64,000 bases of DNA, taken from an uncultured delta proteobacterium. Its GTDB lineage: Bacteria > Desulfobacterota > Desulfomonilia > UBA1062. Numbering within the stretch: the first letter of the stretch is position 1; every line of letters begins with the position of its first letter. Positions 40,853-50,924 of this stretch are shown one piece after another. Under the pieces are notes generated by a model that saw only the letters and a list, made by a program, of their open reading frames with translations, was not told where the DNA came from and did not search any database. Both the position numbers and the translations under genes were made by a program. The stretch is taken from positions 32,001 through 96,000 of the forward strand of contig CAVVYZ010000001.1 in assembly GCA_963752595.1 (NCBI GenBank), written 5' to 3'.

Positions 40853-41914
40853 GTGGATATTCAATACAGTTTTCGTCTGTCTCTCGGCACCCTTTTCATG
40901 TGCATCTTTATGTTATCTGCCGTTCCCTCCGGGTATGCAGCTGTTTCCGACCCGCTTGACGTGCAGGTCTCCAATGTCAATTCAGGAGGGGGTTATTTCT
41001 CCTTTGTTCATCTCACCGACCTCCACATCGGTGAAGGCTCGGCCGATTACGGAACCCCGGGGTATGATGATGCCCCGCCCGCCGGTGATGTAGGCGTTCC
41101 TGCCCAGCTGCTGCGCAAGCAGGTCGACTGGATCAATGCAAACCTCAATGCCTACAATATCGATTTCGTCATTGTGACGGGAGACCTTACGCAGAGCGGA
41201 GAGAAGTCGGAGTTCCTGAAGGCCAAGGAAATACTTGATTCATTGCATGTTCCCTATGTCCCGATTCCGGGGAACCATGATGTGTGGCCGTATACCGACA
41301 GCCTGGAGGCTGCTTCGCCCATCGGGGATCAATACTTCAAGGAGATATTCGCATCCACGTTCAGTAACCTGCAGAGCGTCATGCCCGGCTGGAATAACGG
41401 GACACGCCTTATCCAGGTCTGGAACCCCGAACACAGCTGCTACAGCTACTTCCAGAACTTTTCATTCAGCTACGGAAGCTACCATTTCGTCTGCTCCGAC
41501 TTCGTGACGCGCGGACATGCCTTGTCCGGCAGCGGGGCGAATCCGGAGGCCGACCTGCATAATTTCACCGGAGGCACCTGGCCGTGGTTCAAGTCGCGGT
41601 ACGACAGTTTCCCTCACGAGAACAGGGACGACATCCTCATTTTTGCACACCACCCGCTCACCAAGGACCCCTGGAACGGCATCTATTCTTTTTCCTACGG
41701 GGAATATAATACGGTGGCGAGCTTCCTCAACAACAGCTCGCATAAATACAATACCGGGCTCTTCAATGCCGGGCACATGCACCGGAACTCCGCATACAAT
41801 ATTAAAACCCTCGGCTTCCCGCCGAGCACCATCTGTCCCGGAATTGAAACGAACGCAGCAAAGAACGACGGAGGCCACCTCAGGGTCATCAAGGTCTGGA
41901 ATGCATCATTTTAA
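40853..41914 (+). CDS. Exported calcineurin-like metallophosphoesterase
   Basis: TDLH, TGDL, PGNHD, AHHP, AGHMH; start uncertain. Confidence 0.88.
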   Translation: MDIQYSFRLSLGTLFMCIFMLSAVPSGYAAVSDPLDVQVSNVNSGGGYFSFVHLTDLHIGEGSADYGTPGYDDAPPAGDVGVPAQLLRKQVDWINANLNAYNIDFVIVTGDLTQSGEKSEFLKAKEILDSLHVPYVPIPGNHDVWPYTDSLEAASPIGDQYFKEIFASTFSNLQSVMPGWNNGTRLIQVWNPEHSCYSYFQNFSFSYGSYHFVCSDFVTRGHALSGSGANPEADLHNFTGGTWPWFKSRYDSFPHENRDDILIFAHHPLTKDPWNGIYSFSYGEYNTVASFLNNSSHKYNTGLFNAGHMHRNSAYNIKTLGFPPSTICPGIETNAAKNDGGHLRVIKVWNASF

Positions 41915-42038
41915 TGCGTTCGAAAGAGATTGAACGTCACCAACCCGTAACCGGCTAAGGCATCAGAGAGATGAAAAAGTTCTGCGGCCTTTTTTTTAGA
42001 CGAGCTCTTCATAGGGCTCATTCTACTGGAAAACCGGT

Positions 42039-42067
42039 TTGTAAATTCGATTTAATGGGCTTATAAT
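42039..42067 (+). promoter_or_regulatory. Sigma70-type promoter for the GRE cluster
   Basis: TTGTAA-17 bp-TATAAT. Confidence 0.65.
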
Positions 42068-42081
42068 ACAATAATACAAGT

Positions 42082-45057
42082 ATGAAACCGCCGGGCAGAA
42101 TCAATCCGATGAATCTGATCACCCACACGGTTCTGGGTGCCATGGCTTTTGCGTTCAATCATTCCAGGACGTTGAAACGCCACATGAAAAACACCGATGG
42201 GTGGATCAATTTCTCCATTGGCATCCGCACGGGAAACGGCACGGTCGCCCAGACCGTCAGCTTCCAGAACGGCCGGGTCAGGGTATTGAAAGGCGTGAAC
42301 GGCGGTGCGGATGTCGTGCTCGAAACAGCGGACGACTCGGTCCTCAAGGAGCTCGCTTCTGCCCCGCCCAGCGAAGTGCTCAACATGATGCTCCGGAACA
42401 AGCTTACGATAGAGGGCAACGTGTCTTACCTGCAGCTCTTCACCTATTACCTTTCCCTGGTGTCGGGAAGCCTGCACGGCCGGATGCTCGCAAAGGCCCG
42501 CAGGCAAGATATAGAGTCTCGCAAAGAGGAATTTTGCGTCAATATCCCCGGTCTGGCCCAGGATCTGAAAGACAGGCGGAAAGAGCACCTGAAAGCCGAC
42601 AGGTCTGAAGACAGGGGCGTCGTGTATCTCAGTGATCCGTATCTTTCCAGCTATGACCTGGAGGACTTTCCCCGCCTCAAGACGCTCATGAAAAGGCACC
42701 GGAGCAGCAGGCCCGAGCTGTGCGCCGAGCGTCCGAAGCTGCTTACCGAGTGGTTCCGCAGGAACGGGTTCGAGGAAGCGAGCCCGGGCAGGCCGTGGCA
42801 GCCCGTACTGAGGCAGGGCCTTGCCTTCGAGCACCTGATGAGGCACAAAAGGCCGGTCATTGCCGATTCCCAGCTCCTGGCCGGATCGACCACCACCAAT
42901 CCCGTCTGCGGGGTGATCGTGTACCCCGATGCGCAGGCCACAATGATCTGGGGCGAGCTGAACTCGGTCGATAAACGGCTCCTGAACCCATACGATATCA
43001 GCGATGAAACAAAAGAAACGCTGAACGACATCTTCCCGTTCTGGACCAAAAGGACGTTCCATGAATGGGTGAACAGGGAATACAACAGGCCGCTCTCCTT
43101 GAGACTCAGCGAGCGTCTCGTCGCTATCGTCTGCTCCAAGGCTATCTGCGTGTCGCACACCGTTCCCGGCCTGAAAACATTTTTGGACAAGGGCACTTCC
43201 GGCATTATCGAGGATATCCGGGAGAGACTCTCCGAAGATACGCCGGATGAAGACGGCCGGGCAGTGCTGGAGGGCATGATCCATTCCCTGAAAGGCCTGG
43301 AGGCATACGCCGATCACCTGGCAGCAGAGGCACGGCTGCAGGCTGCCAAGGCCGCGGACCCTGCCCGGGAGAAGGAGCTGCTCCGCATGGCGGAGATCTG
43401 CGGACACGTTCCCCGCCTGCCTGCAGAAACGCTGGATGAAGCCGTCCAGAGCATCTGGACTGTCTGGATCGGCATGCACATGGAGAATACCAATGCCGGG
43501 CTTTCCCCCGGCCGGCTCGATCAGTGGCTGCAGCCTTATTACCTGGCAGACATGGAAAAGATCAGTGTGGAAGAAGGTCGTATAGATTACATCCACCGGG
43601 CCGTCGAGCTCATCGGCTGCCTTTATTTGAGGATATCAGACCATATGCCGCTCTCGCCGGACATCGGCAACATCCTCTTCGGCACGTCTCCTTCCAATCA
43701 GGTCATCACCCTGGGCGGCGTCACGCCGGAGGGCGAAGACGGCGTGAACGACATGACCTATATCTTCCTCAAGGTCACCGAGATGCTGGGCCTCCCGGAC
43801 CCGAACATCAATGCCCGCATCAACACTGAAAAGAACAGCGAGACCTATATCAGGAGGCTCTGTGAGGTGAACTTCACCACATCGGCCACGCCCTCCCTGC
43901 ACAACGATGCGGCGGTATTTGCCTCTTTGCGTCAGCACGGCTACCCGGAAGAGCACATCCGCGACTGGAGCGCCACCGGCTGCGTGGAGCCCACCATTTC
44001 CGGCCGCCATAACGGCCATACCGGCAGCATCCTCATCAACCTGGTCGCTGCCATGGAGATGGCACTTCACAACGGCTGCCACCCCCTCATGAAGTGGGAC
44101 TTAGGCCCCAAGACCGGAAACGTAGAAGACTTCCGCACCTTCGAAGAATTTTTCGAGGCCTATAGGGCCCAGATTACTTTCCTGATCGATCAGGCGGTGA
44201 GCTTGAACAACATGTTCGGAGAGGTACATGCGCGGATGAGGCCCACACCGTTCTTAAGCTCGACTATCGAGGGCTGCATCGAGAAAGCATGCGACATGAC
44301 GCGGGGCGGCGCCCGGTACAACACCACGGGTGCGGCGAACATCGGGCTGACGGATGTCACTGACAGCCTCATGGCTGTCAAGAAGCTGGTATTCGATGAG
44401 AGGAAGCTCAGCTTCTCTGAGCTCAAGGATGCCGTGGACTCCGACTTCCGGAACGCACCCGGCGTCAGGGCACTGGTACAGAACAAGGTGCCGCTGTTCG
44501 GCTCGGGCAATGCAGAAGCGCTTGCCATGGCCAACCGCGTTGCATCGCTCATCCACGGGATCTATACATCGCACCGCAACTTCCGCGGAGGCAGGTATAC
44601 GAGCGGGTTCTGGTCCATGTCCCAGCATACGGCCTACGGCAATCTTTCGGGCACGTTGCCATCGGGGAGGCTCGCCGGAAAGCCCTTCACGCCGGGGCTC
44701 ACTCCCGAGCCCCATGCCAGCCGGAGCTACCTTGATTTCATCTCGGATGTTGCACGGCTCAATCCCGAGAACATGGACAACAATATGGCATTCAACGTCA
44801 AGCTCTCACCTTCATCCAAGGACAGCCGGGAGAAAATTGTCGGCAACATGGCCGGCTACGTGAAAGCCTACTGCAGCCTGGGCGGCATGCAGATGCAGTT
44901 CAACGTGGTCGATTCCCGGATGCTCAAAGATGCTTATTCAAACCCCGAAAACTACCGCGACCTGATCGTGAGGATATCGGGATACAATGCCTACTTCGTC
45001 GCGCTTAACAGATCCCAGCAGCTCGAGCTCATCGAGAGGGCCGAGTACGGTGTCTGA
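42082..45057 (+). CDS. Glycyl-radical enzyme (PFL2/eliminase-like) with N-terminal SCP2-like domain
   Basis: Cys loop GCVEP (43978-43992), Gly loop RISGY (44971-44985), SPGRLDQ, MQFNVV, YRDLIV; about 190 extra N-terminal residues including ADVVL...MMLRNKLTIEGN. Confidence 0.9.
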   Translation: MKPPGRINPMNLITHTVLGAMAFAFNHSRTLKRHMKNTDGWINFSIGIRTGNGTVAQTVSFQNGRVRVLKGVNGGADVVLETADDSVLKELASAPPSEVLNMMLRNKLTIEGNVSYLQLFTYYLSLVSGSLHGRMLAKARRQDIESRKEEFCVNIPGLAQDLKDRRKEHLKADRSEDRGVVYLSDPYLSSYDLEDFPRLKTLMKRHRSSRPELCAERPKLLTEWFRRNGFEEASPGRPWQPVLRQGLAFEHLMRHKRPVIADSQLLAGSTTTNPVCGVIVYPDAQATMIWGELNSVDKRLLNPYDISDETKETLNDIFPFWTKRTFHEWVNREYNRPLSLRLSERLVAIVCSKAICVSHTVPGLKTFLDKGTSGIIEDIRERLSEDTPDEDGRAVLEGMIHSLKGLEAYADHLAAEARLQAAKAADPAREKELLRMAEICGHVPRLPAETLDEAVQSIWTVWIGMHMENTNAGLSPGRLDQWLQPYYLADMEKISVEEGRIDYIHRAVELIGCLYLRISDHMPLSPDIGNILFGTSPSNQVITLGGVTPEGEDGVNDMTYIFLKVTEMLGLPDPNINARINTEKNSETYIRRLCEVNFTTSATPSLHNDAAVFASLRQHGYPEEHIRDWSATGCVEPTISGRHNGHTGSILINLVAAMEMALHNGCHPLMKWDLGPKTGNVEDFRTFEEFFEAYRAQITFLIDQAVSLNNMFGEVHARMRPTPFLSSTIEGCIEKACDMTRGGARYNTTGAANIGLTDVTDSLMAVKKLVFDERKLSFSELKDAVDSDFRNAPGVRALVQNKVPLFGSGNAEALAMANRVASLIHGIYTSHRNFRGGRYTSGFWSMSQHTAYGNLSGTLPSGRLAGKPFTPGLTPEPHASRSYLDFISDVARLNPENMDNNMAFNVKLSPSSKDSREKIVGNMAGYVKAYCSLGGMQMQFNVVDSRMLKDAYSNPENYRDLIVRISGYNAYFVALNRSQQLELIERAEYGV

Positions 45058-45132
45058 CAGCGGAAACGTGACCGGCAGCCTCTTATATTAAGCAGACCGG
45101 ATCGGCAGCCTGAATCCAATGACGGAGATACC

Positions 45133-46742
45133 ATGGAGAGTAAAGACTTAAAGGATTTGATAGATACCTTCTTTACCTGCGATAAACAGGAAGTCCTGCA
45201 GATCTTCAACGAGTTCCTGGATACCCTGGTGGCGGAGGAAACGCTCACGCTCCATCGAGCCCATGAGCAGGAATTACGAGACGGCCCAGTCGAACCCCGA
45301 GATCCACATCATCCCCGGCAATCTCAAGGATGCCCGCGACGCCATTTTCCCCTTCTTCTGGGGCACGGACGGGTGGTACTCGCGGCTCCACCTGGAAAAC
45401 GTCAAGGGCCCGGCCAACTATGCCTCGCTGGTCGGCTCGTTCGCCTGCCTGCTGAAAAACCCCAACCTCTGCGTCGACACCTACAGCCAGCGCTCCAACG
45501 AGCTGGAAGTCAAGGCCATCACGCGCTGGCCAATCTCGTGTTCTACCACACCGAAGACCCCTGGGGCGTCTTCACCATGGGCGGAACCATATCCAATCTC
45601 TACGGCGGCAAGATCGGCATTGAAAAGGTGCTGCCCGGCGCCATGCAGAAGGGGCTCTGCAGGCGAGGAGGCTCGTCGGGCATCGTCTCCGAAGCCGCCC
45701 ACTATTCCAATGCAACCCTGGCCGGCTGGCTGGGCATGGGGACCGACAACCTCATCGCCATCCCCACGGACGATGCCTGCAGCATGGATCTGACCTGCTC
45801 GAAGCCGAGCTGGAAAGGCTCTACGCGGGAGGCACGCCCTGGTGGCCTTTGTCATGGCCACCTTCGGCACCACCGATGCCTTCGGCATCGACGACATTGC
45901 CGGCATCCGCAAGATCATCGACGCAAAGTCAGCGGCAATACTCCGTGCCCGCGCCGCAACTTCACGTGGATGCCGCTGTCGGCTGGCCGCTGAGCTTCCT
46001 CACCGAGTACGATGCGGAAAAGAACCCGTTCAAGCTGAACAAGGATGTGCTGGCCGTGGTGGCAGAGCTCAGGGACAAAGGCCATGAGACATCAGGTATG
46101 CCGACACCGTCACCATCGATTTCCACAAGATGGGCTGGGGCCATTATCCGTCGAGCGCCTTCATCGTCTACAACCGGAACGACATCAGCCTGCTCTTCCG
46201 GAGCATGGAGCAGATGCCGTATTTCTCCGAGGCCGATTACCGGCACGATCCGGCCCTGTTCACCCTGGAGATGCTCGCGGCCCGGCATAGGCCCGTATTC
46301 GGTCATGGCCTCGCTGAACGGCATCGGGCTGAGGGCTAGCAGATGCTCGTGGCCCATGCCCTGGAGATGGCGCTCCTAGCGCAAAGAAGCAGATCGAGAA
46401 GCTCGAATACTGCAAGGTGCTCAACATGAAATGCCTGGGGCCCAGCGTCGTCTGGTGGGTTCTGCCCAAGGGGCGGAATGCGAAAACGGATCTATCGAGG
46501 ATTTTGTCCAGGGCAGGGTCCGGCAGGAAGAGTACCAGCGGTACTTCTCCGAGGTCCACCGTCTTTTCGAGAAGCGCAAGGCTGCCATGGATCCCAGGAA
46601 AGATGCCCGGCTCAGCTTCACCACATGCATGGGCTACCAGCCCGGGGGGATTGCCATGCCCGCATGGAAGGCCGTGTTCTTCAATCCCAAGACCGATGCC
46701 GAGGTGGTGAGGCAGATCATCAGAAGCATCGAAGAAGTGTAA
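45133..46742 (+). CDS. Group II PLP-dependent decarboxylase (multiple frameshifts; assembly errors or pseudogene)
   Basis: Across frames: GVFTMGGTISN, SEAAHYS, ATFGTT, LHVDAAVG, TIDFHK (PLP lysine, about 46118-46129). Confidence 0.8.
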
Positions 46743-46830
46743 TGAGAGCCAAAAATATGAACCTGCTGATCGGCAGCTCACGGTTTCTGCCCTTAAGCAG
46801 GCTTAAGTTCTTTACCCGGAGGTTTAAAAG

Positions 46831-47898
46831 ATGAAGGGAAATCCGTTCGAAAGGCTCCAGACGTTTCTGGATCAGCTCCCTCTCGGGTTTCCCCGCACCG
46901 AGTCCGGCATTGAGATCGAGATCCTGAAAAGACTATTTACCGAAGAAGAAGCCGGGATTGCAATGCTTCTCACCCCGTTCTCCGAGGATGTGGAGCAGAT
47001 TGCGGCGAGGAACGGCATCAGCGGGGCGGGTCTCGGCGAAAAGCTGGAGTTCATGGCAAAAAAAGGCCTCTTTTTCAGGATCCGGCGTGACGGGAAGACA
47101 TATTACAACACCGCTCCCTTCATGATCGGACTCTATGAGTACTCGGTGCAGAAGATGGACCGGGAACTGGCAGAGCTCTATTCGCGATACTACGAAAAGG
47201 CCTACCAGATGGAGATGGGTGCAAGCGATGTGCCCGGGTTCAGGGTTATCCCCGTGAGCGAGAGTATCGATCCCGAGATACGAATCTACCCGTATCCTGC
47301 ACTCGAAATGGAGATCCGATCTGCCAGGAAGATCTCGGTTGCGGAGTGTATATGCCGCAAAGAAGCCGGAATGATCGGGAAGGGCTGCGGCGGGTCTCTC
47401 GAAACCTGCCTTCATTTCGGATCTGCAGCGGAATATTATATTGAAAACGGCATCGGCCGGGAGATCGATGCGGATGAGGCAATAGAGATCGTCAAGGCTG
47501 CCGACAAGGCCGGCCTGGTGCACGCAGGGGTGAACACCAGACATCTCTCCAATCTCTGCAACTGCTGCCCGTGCTGCTGTGCATCGATGAAAGGCATAAC
47601 CGCCAAAGGACTGGCCAGGCGCAAATACCTGAATCCCCTCTATGAGGCCGTTATCCATGATGATAATTGCACCGGCTGCGGGCTCTGTGCCGATCGATGC
47701 CCGGTCAGGGCCGTCACGATCGATGATGCATCCCGGATAAACAGAGACCTGTGCCTTGGCTGCGGTCTGTGTGCCGGCACCTGTCCAACGGGTGCGATAT
47801 CCCTCATCCCGCGGTCGGACAGGGAGGAGCCCTTCGAGCATATCCTCGATCTGGGTATGGCAATCCTTCAGGGCAAAGCTCGACCAGCCAAATCATGA
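46831..47898 (+). CDS. 4Fe-4S dicluster protein with N-terminal winged helix
   Basis: GFPRTESGIEIEILKRLF, CICR, CNCCPCCC, two CxxCxxCxxxCP motifs. Confidence 0.88.
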   Translation: MKGNPFERLQTFLDQLPLGFPRTESGIEIEILKRLFTEEEAGIAMLLTPFSEDVEQIAARNGISGAGLGEKLEFMAKKGLFFRIRRDGKTYYNTAPFMIGLYEYSVQKMDRELAELYSRYYEKAYQMEMGASDVPGFRVIPVSESIDPEIRIYPYPALEMEIRSARKISVAECICRKEAGMIGKGCGGSLETCLHFGSAAEYYIENGIGREIDADEAIEIVKAADKAGLVHAGVNTRHLSNLCNCCPCCCASMKGITAKGLARRKYLNPLYEAVIHDDNCTGCGLCADRCPVRAVTIDDASRINRDLCLGCGLCAGTCPTGAISLIPRSDREEPFEHILDLGMAILQGKARPAKS

Positions 47899-47913
47899 GC
47901 CCTGTAGAAAGCT

Positions 47914-47934
47914 TGCCTGCTGATTCGGCAGGCA
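47914..47934 (+). terminator. Hairpin after the Fe-S gene
   Basis: TGCCTGCTG-ATT-CGGCAGGCA. Confidence 0.35.
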
Positions 47935-48088
47935 GATGAAAAAATCGAAGGAGTTCAGCATTGAATCCGGGCACCGCCGTTTAGGGGTCACCCTTGACGG
48001 TGAAGTCGAGAGTATGGATGCCCCGCTTCATTACCACATACTCTCCGAGGCATTACGGGTAATTGCTCCCCTGCCTGTGCAGTAAACC

Positions 48089-48450
48089 ATGCGCAGCATT
48101 GTTCATTTATCCGACCTTCATTTCGGACGCGTGGATCATACCATGCTCAAGCCTCTTGCTGCCGCAGTATGGGAAATCATGCCCGACCTGGTGGCGATAT
48201 CAGGGGATCTCGCGCAGCGGGCACGGGTCGAAGAGTTCAAGGAAGCAAGAGCATTTCTGGACTCGCTTCCGGTTCCCCAGATCATTGTTCCCGGGAACCA
48301 CGACATTCCGCTCTACAATCCATTCTTTCGTTTTCTGCTTCCTCTTGCAAGGTTTACCCGGTATATATCTGCCGACCTGTCGCCTTTGTATGCGGATCAG
48401 GAAATCGCTGTACTGGGCGCCAATGCCACCCGTTCGCTGGTGGCAAGGCG
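48089..48450 (+). pseudogene. Metallophosphoesterase, 3' truncated
   Basis: HLSDLHFG, SGDL, PGNHD are present; homology ends after NATRSL, and the later His motifs are absent. Confidence 0.8.
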
Positions 48451-48665
48451 AAGAAGGGAAAAGATATTTTTCCTGAAATACGTGACCCTGCCCCCATTTC
48501 AATTGTTGCTGCCGTGCTTGTTATAATCTTACCTGTATCCGGAATCTGAAGGCAATCGGATAACATTGTCTTGATATTGTATGAGAAAGAGGAGAGCCGG
48601 TGTGCCTGCCGGCTCTCATTGTTTCGCACTTCCTGAGGGAGTGTCTTCAAAAGGGTATCTTGCCG

Positions 48666-49343
48666 TTACTCTTTTCTCTTTTCCCCGCTGCTGGGTGCTT
48701 CATTTGTTTCAATTTCCAGATCTTCACTCCTTATTTCACCGCTCACTTCGCGCTGCTCTGTATGAACGACTTTCTTGGCATGCACCGTCTCTCTTACCTT
48801 CTGGCGTTTTGAAATCTCTACTTCCTCTTCCATGAGCGGGATGGATGTACTCTGCTCGGTAAAGGCCCTTTTGTCCTCGGTTGATTCGCTGGTCGGGCTC
48901 CCCGGCGTACGTTCAATGACGACCTCTTCCTTGGTCACGGGGATCGAGAAAGACTGCACCTCTGTATGCACAATCCTATTCAACCGGACTTCTCCCGTCT
49001 TATGAGCTGTCTTATGTGCCTGAAGCTCTTCTTCATGGAGAGGGATCTCGATATCCCCACTGGTTTTGAGCGCATCAAATTTATTCCATCCTTCATATTC
49101 CTCACTCTTCCAATCGCTCAATTCCTTGCCCTGCCTGTCAATGATCAACTCATTGTCGTGGATATCTACGACATTGTCATAGCGGACGAAAAAATCTCTG
49201 GGAAAGAAAAACCCTTTTTCGATATCGATGCTGTCTTCATTCAGGGCTGTAACCCTTCCCAGCTTCTCTCCGTCACGGGTGTATGCAACCATGTCACCTT
49301 TTATATTCGGGTGATCCCTTAAAAACTCTTCTCTTCTCATCAT
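48666..49343 (-). CDS. PRC-barrel + YsnF/AvaK (DUF2382) protein
   Basis: DGEKLGRV...EKGFFFP.D..V; IPLHEEEL..HK...GEVR, IPLMEEEV; AAAGGAG RBS. Confidence 0.88.
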   Translation of the reverse strand: MMRREEFLRDHPNIKGDMVAYTRDGEKLGRVTALNEDSIDIEKGFFFPRDFFVRYDNVVDIHDNELIIDRQGKELSDWKSEEYEGWNKFDALKTSGDIEIPLHEEELQAHKTAHKTGEVRLNRIVHTEVQSFSIPVTKEEVVIERTPGSPTSESTEDKRAFTEQSTSIPLMEEEVEISKRQKVRETVHAKKVVHTEQREVSGEIRSEDLEIETNEAPSSGEKRKE

Positions 49344-49763
49344 GGTGTAATCTCCTTTCCACAATTGGATTTTTATTCCGGATATTCCTGTCTCATGCCT
49401 CTGCTTCTTCCGTTTTTTTCTCACCAAGCATGGAAACAGAAAATATGGAAAAAATAATGCCTGACAGAAACCTATGGCTGCTCTTTTGTCCCGTTCACGG
49501 GAGGTATAAAATCCATCTCTCGATGCCCTGGAGGAGTAATCTGCCTGGTATTCATTATCTCCCCTCCTTTGGCCTTTTAAGACAGTTTCGGTGGAGGTTG
49601 CTTTTTTGTAGGGATGCAGTTCTGAAAGTCAATAGGGGGTTGGCGGGATGTCTCTACAAAAATGCATTTGCATATTTCGACAGGGTAGGTCCAAGATATA
49701 TATACAGATAACATAGTGAGATTACCCGATAGAGGAGAAATATCCGTACGAAGGGGATTGTTC

Positions 49764-50669
49764 ATGAAAAGGCTTGCAGCAGGGTCGATTACTGAGTTCA
49801 TATCCGTGGCAGGTAATTCGTTTTATCCCGACTATGTGATCAAGGGGCGCCGGAAAAACCTGATGATAGAGGCAGGGCTGAATCTTATGGGGCCGCTCTA
49901 CTGCAGATCCTTGGACGAAATCCTGGGCAGCCGGGACCTGCTTGATTATCTCTTCATCACCCATTCCCATTACGACCACCTGGGCGCGGCACATTATCTC
50001 AAGCGACTTATCCCTCAGCTTGCGATCGGCGCTCACGAGCGGGTAGCTCCTCTGCTGCAGAAGGAATCGGTCCTCGCGTTGATGAGCCGGCTGAGCGAGA
50101 TCCAGCGTGAGCTGTTTCGGGATATCGCAGGGGATGAAGACCTTTCTATCAGGCCCGTGGAGATAGAGCTTTCCCTGAAAGAAGGGGATGAGATCGACCT
50201 GGGAGGGATTTCATGCCGCGTATATGAGGTCCCAGGCCACACAAAGGACTCGCTTGCGTATTTCATACCTCAGATCCGGGCCCTGTTCTCCGGCGAAGCG
50301 GCCGGGGTACCCCAGGGAATGGATGCGGACGATCCGCAGGTGGAATTCCTCTCCTCATATAATGATTACCTGGTCTCTCTGGAAAGGATGATTTCCCTTG
50401 AGCCCGAGATACTATGCGTCGGCCACGGCTGGGTTTTCACCGGCGAGGATGTCTCTCCATTCCTCCGCACATCCCACGCTGCGACATTCGAGTACCGGAA
50501 GCTCATTGAATGCTACCTCGATAGCGCAGGCAGCGATATTGAAAAGGCCGTAGAGATGATGACAAGGAAGGAATACGACGAAAAGGGGACTATTTTCCAG
50601 GAGCGCAACGCATATATAACAAACCTGTCGGCTCAGGTACGGCATATCGCAGGCCTGAATGGATACTGA
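49764..50669 (+). CDS. MBL-fold metallo-hydrolase
   Basis: THSHYDH, PGHT, GHG. Confidence 0.9.
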   Translation: MKRLAAGSITEFISVAGNSFYPDYVIKGRRKNLMIEAGLNLMGPLYCRSLDEILGSRDLLDYLFITHSHYDHLGAAHYLKRLIPQLAIGAHERVAPLLQKESVLALMSRLSEIQRELFRDIAGDEDLSIRPVEIELSLKEGDEIDLGGISCRVYEVPGHTKDSLAYFIPQIRALFSGEAAGVPQGMDADDPQVEFLSSYNDYLVSLERMISLEPEILCVGHGWVFTGEDVSPFLRTSHAATFEYRKLIECYLDSAGSDIEKAVEMMTRKEYDEKGTIFQERNAYITNLSAQVRHIAGLNGY

Positions 50670-50740
50670 AGGCAAAAAGAGCCGGGCGTGTCTTCATTAA
50701 GATGATACCTCTTAAGCTTGCTGCGAAGTTTCTCTTTCTT

Positions 50741-50792
50741 CCTCTCCCGACCCGCTTTGCGGGTACCCCGGGGAGAGGATAAAGGCGAGGGG
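50741..50792 (+). repeat. REP-like element (CCTCTCCC...GGGAGAGG...GAGGGG) with an internal hairpin
   Basis: Same outer pattern as 815-852, with ACCCGC-TTT-GCGGGT inside the loop; lies between convergent genes. Confidence 0.55.
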
Positions 50793-50924
50793 ATATAATC
50801 AAAAGGCTTTTTGATACCCCGTCTGCAGTCTGTAAAGATGCCCGGCTAATACCATGAAGGGACAGAGCAGGACAGACGTTCGGCCGGCCTGCTCCACCTT
50901 TGGTATTCAAGCTTGGTCGCGGTT

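Noticed and set aside
42082-45057. Calling the GRE pyruvate formate-lyase or alkyl/benzylsuccinate synthase
   Set aside because: It has a single-Cys GCVEP loop rather than the PFL Cys-Cys pair, and there are no small Bss/Ass-type subunits nearby.
46831-47898. Fe-S protein as the GRE activase
   Set aside because: No CxxxCxxC radical-SAM motif or GGE motif; it belongs to a common wHTH-ferredoxin family.
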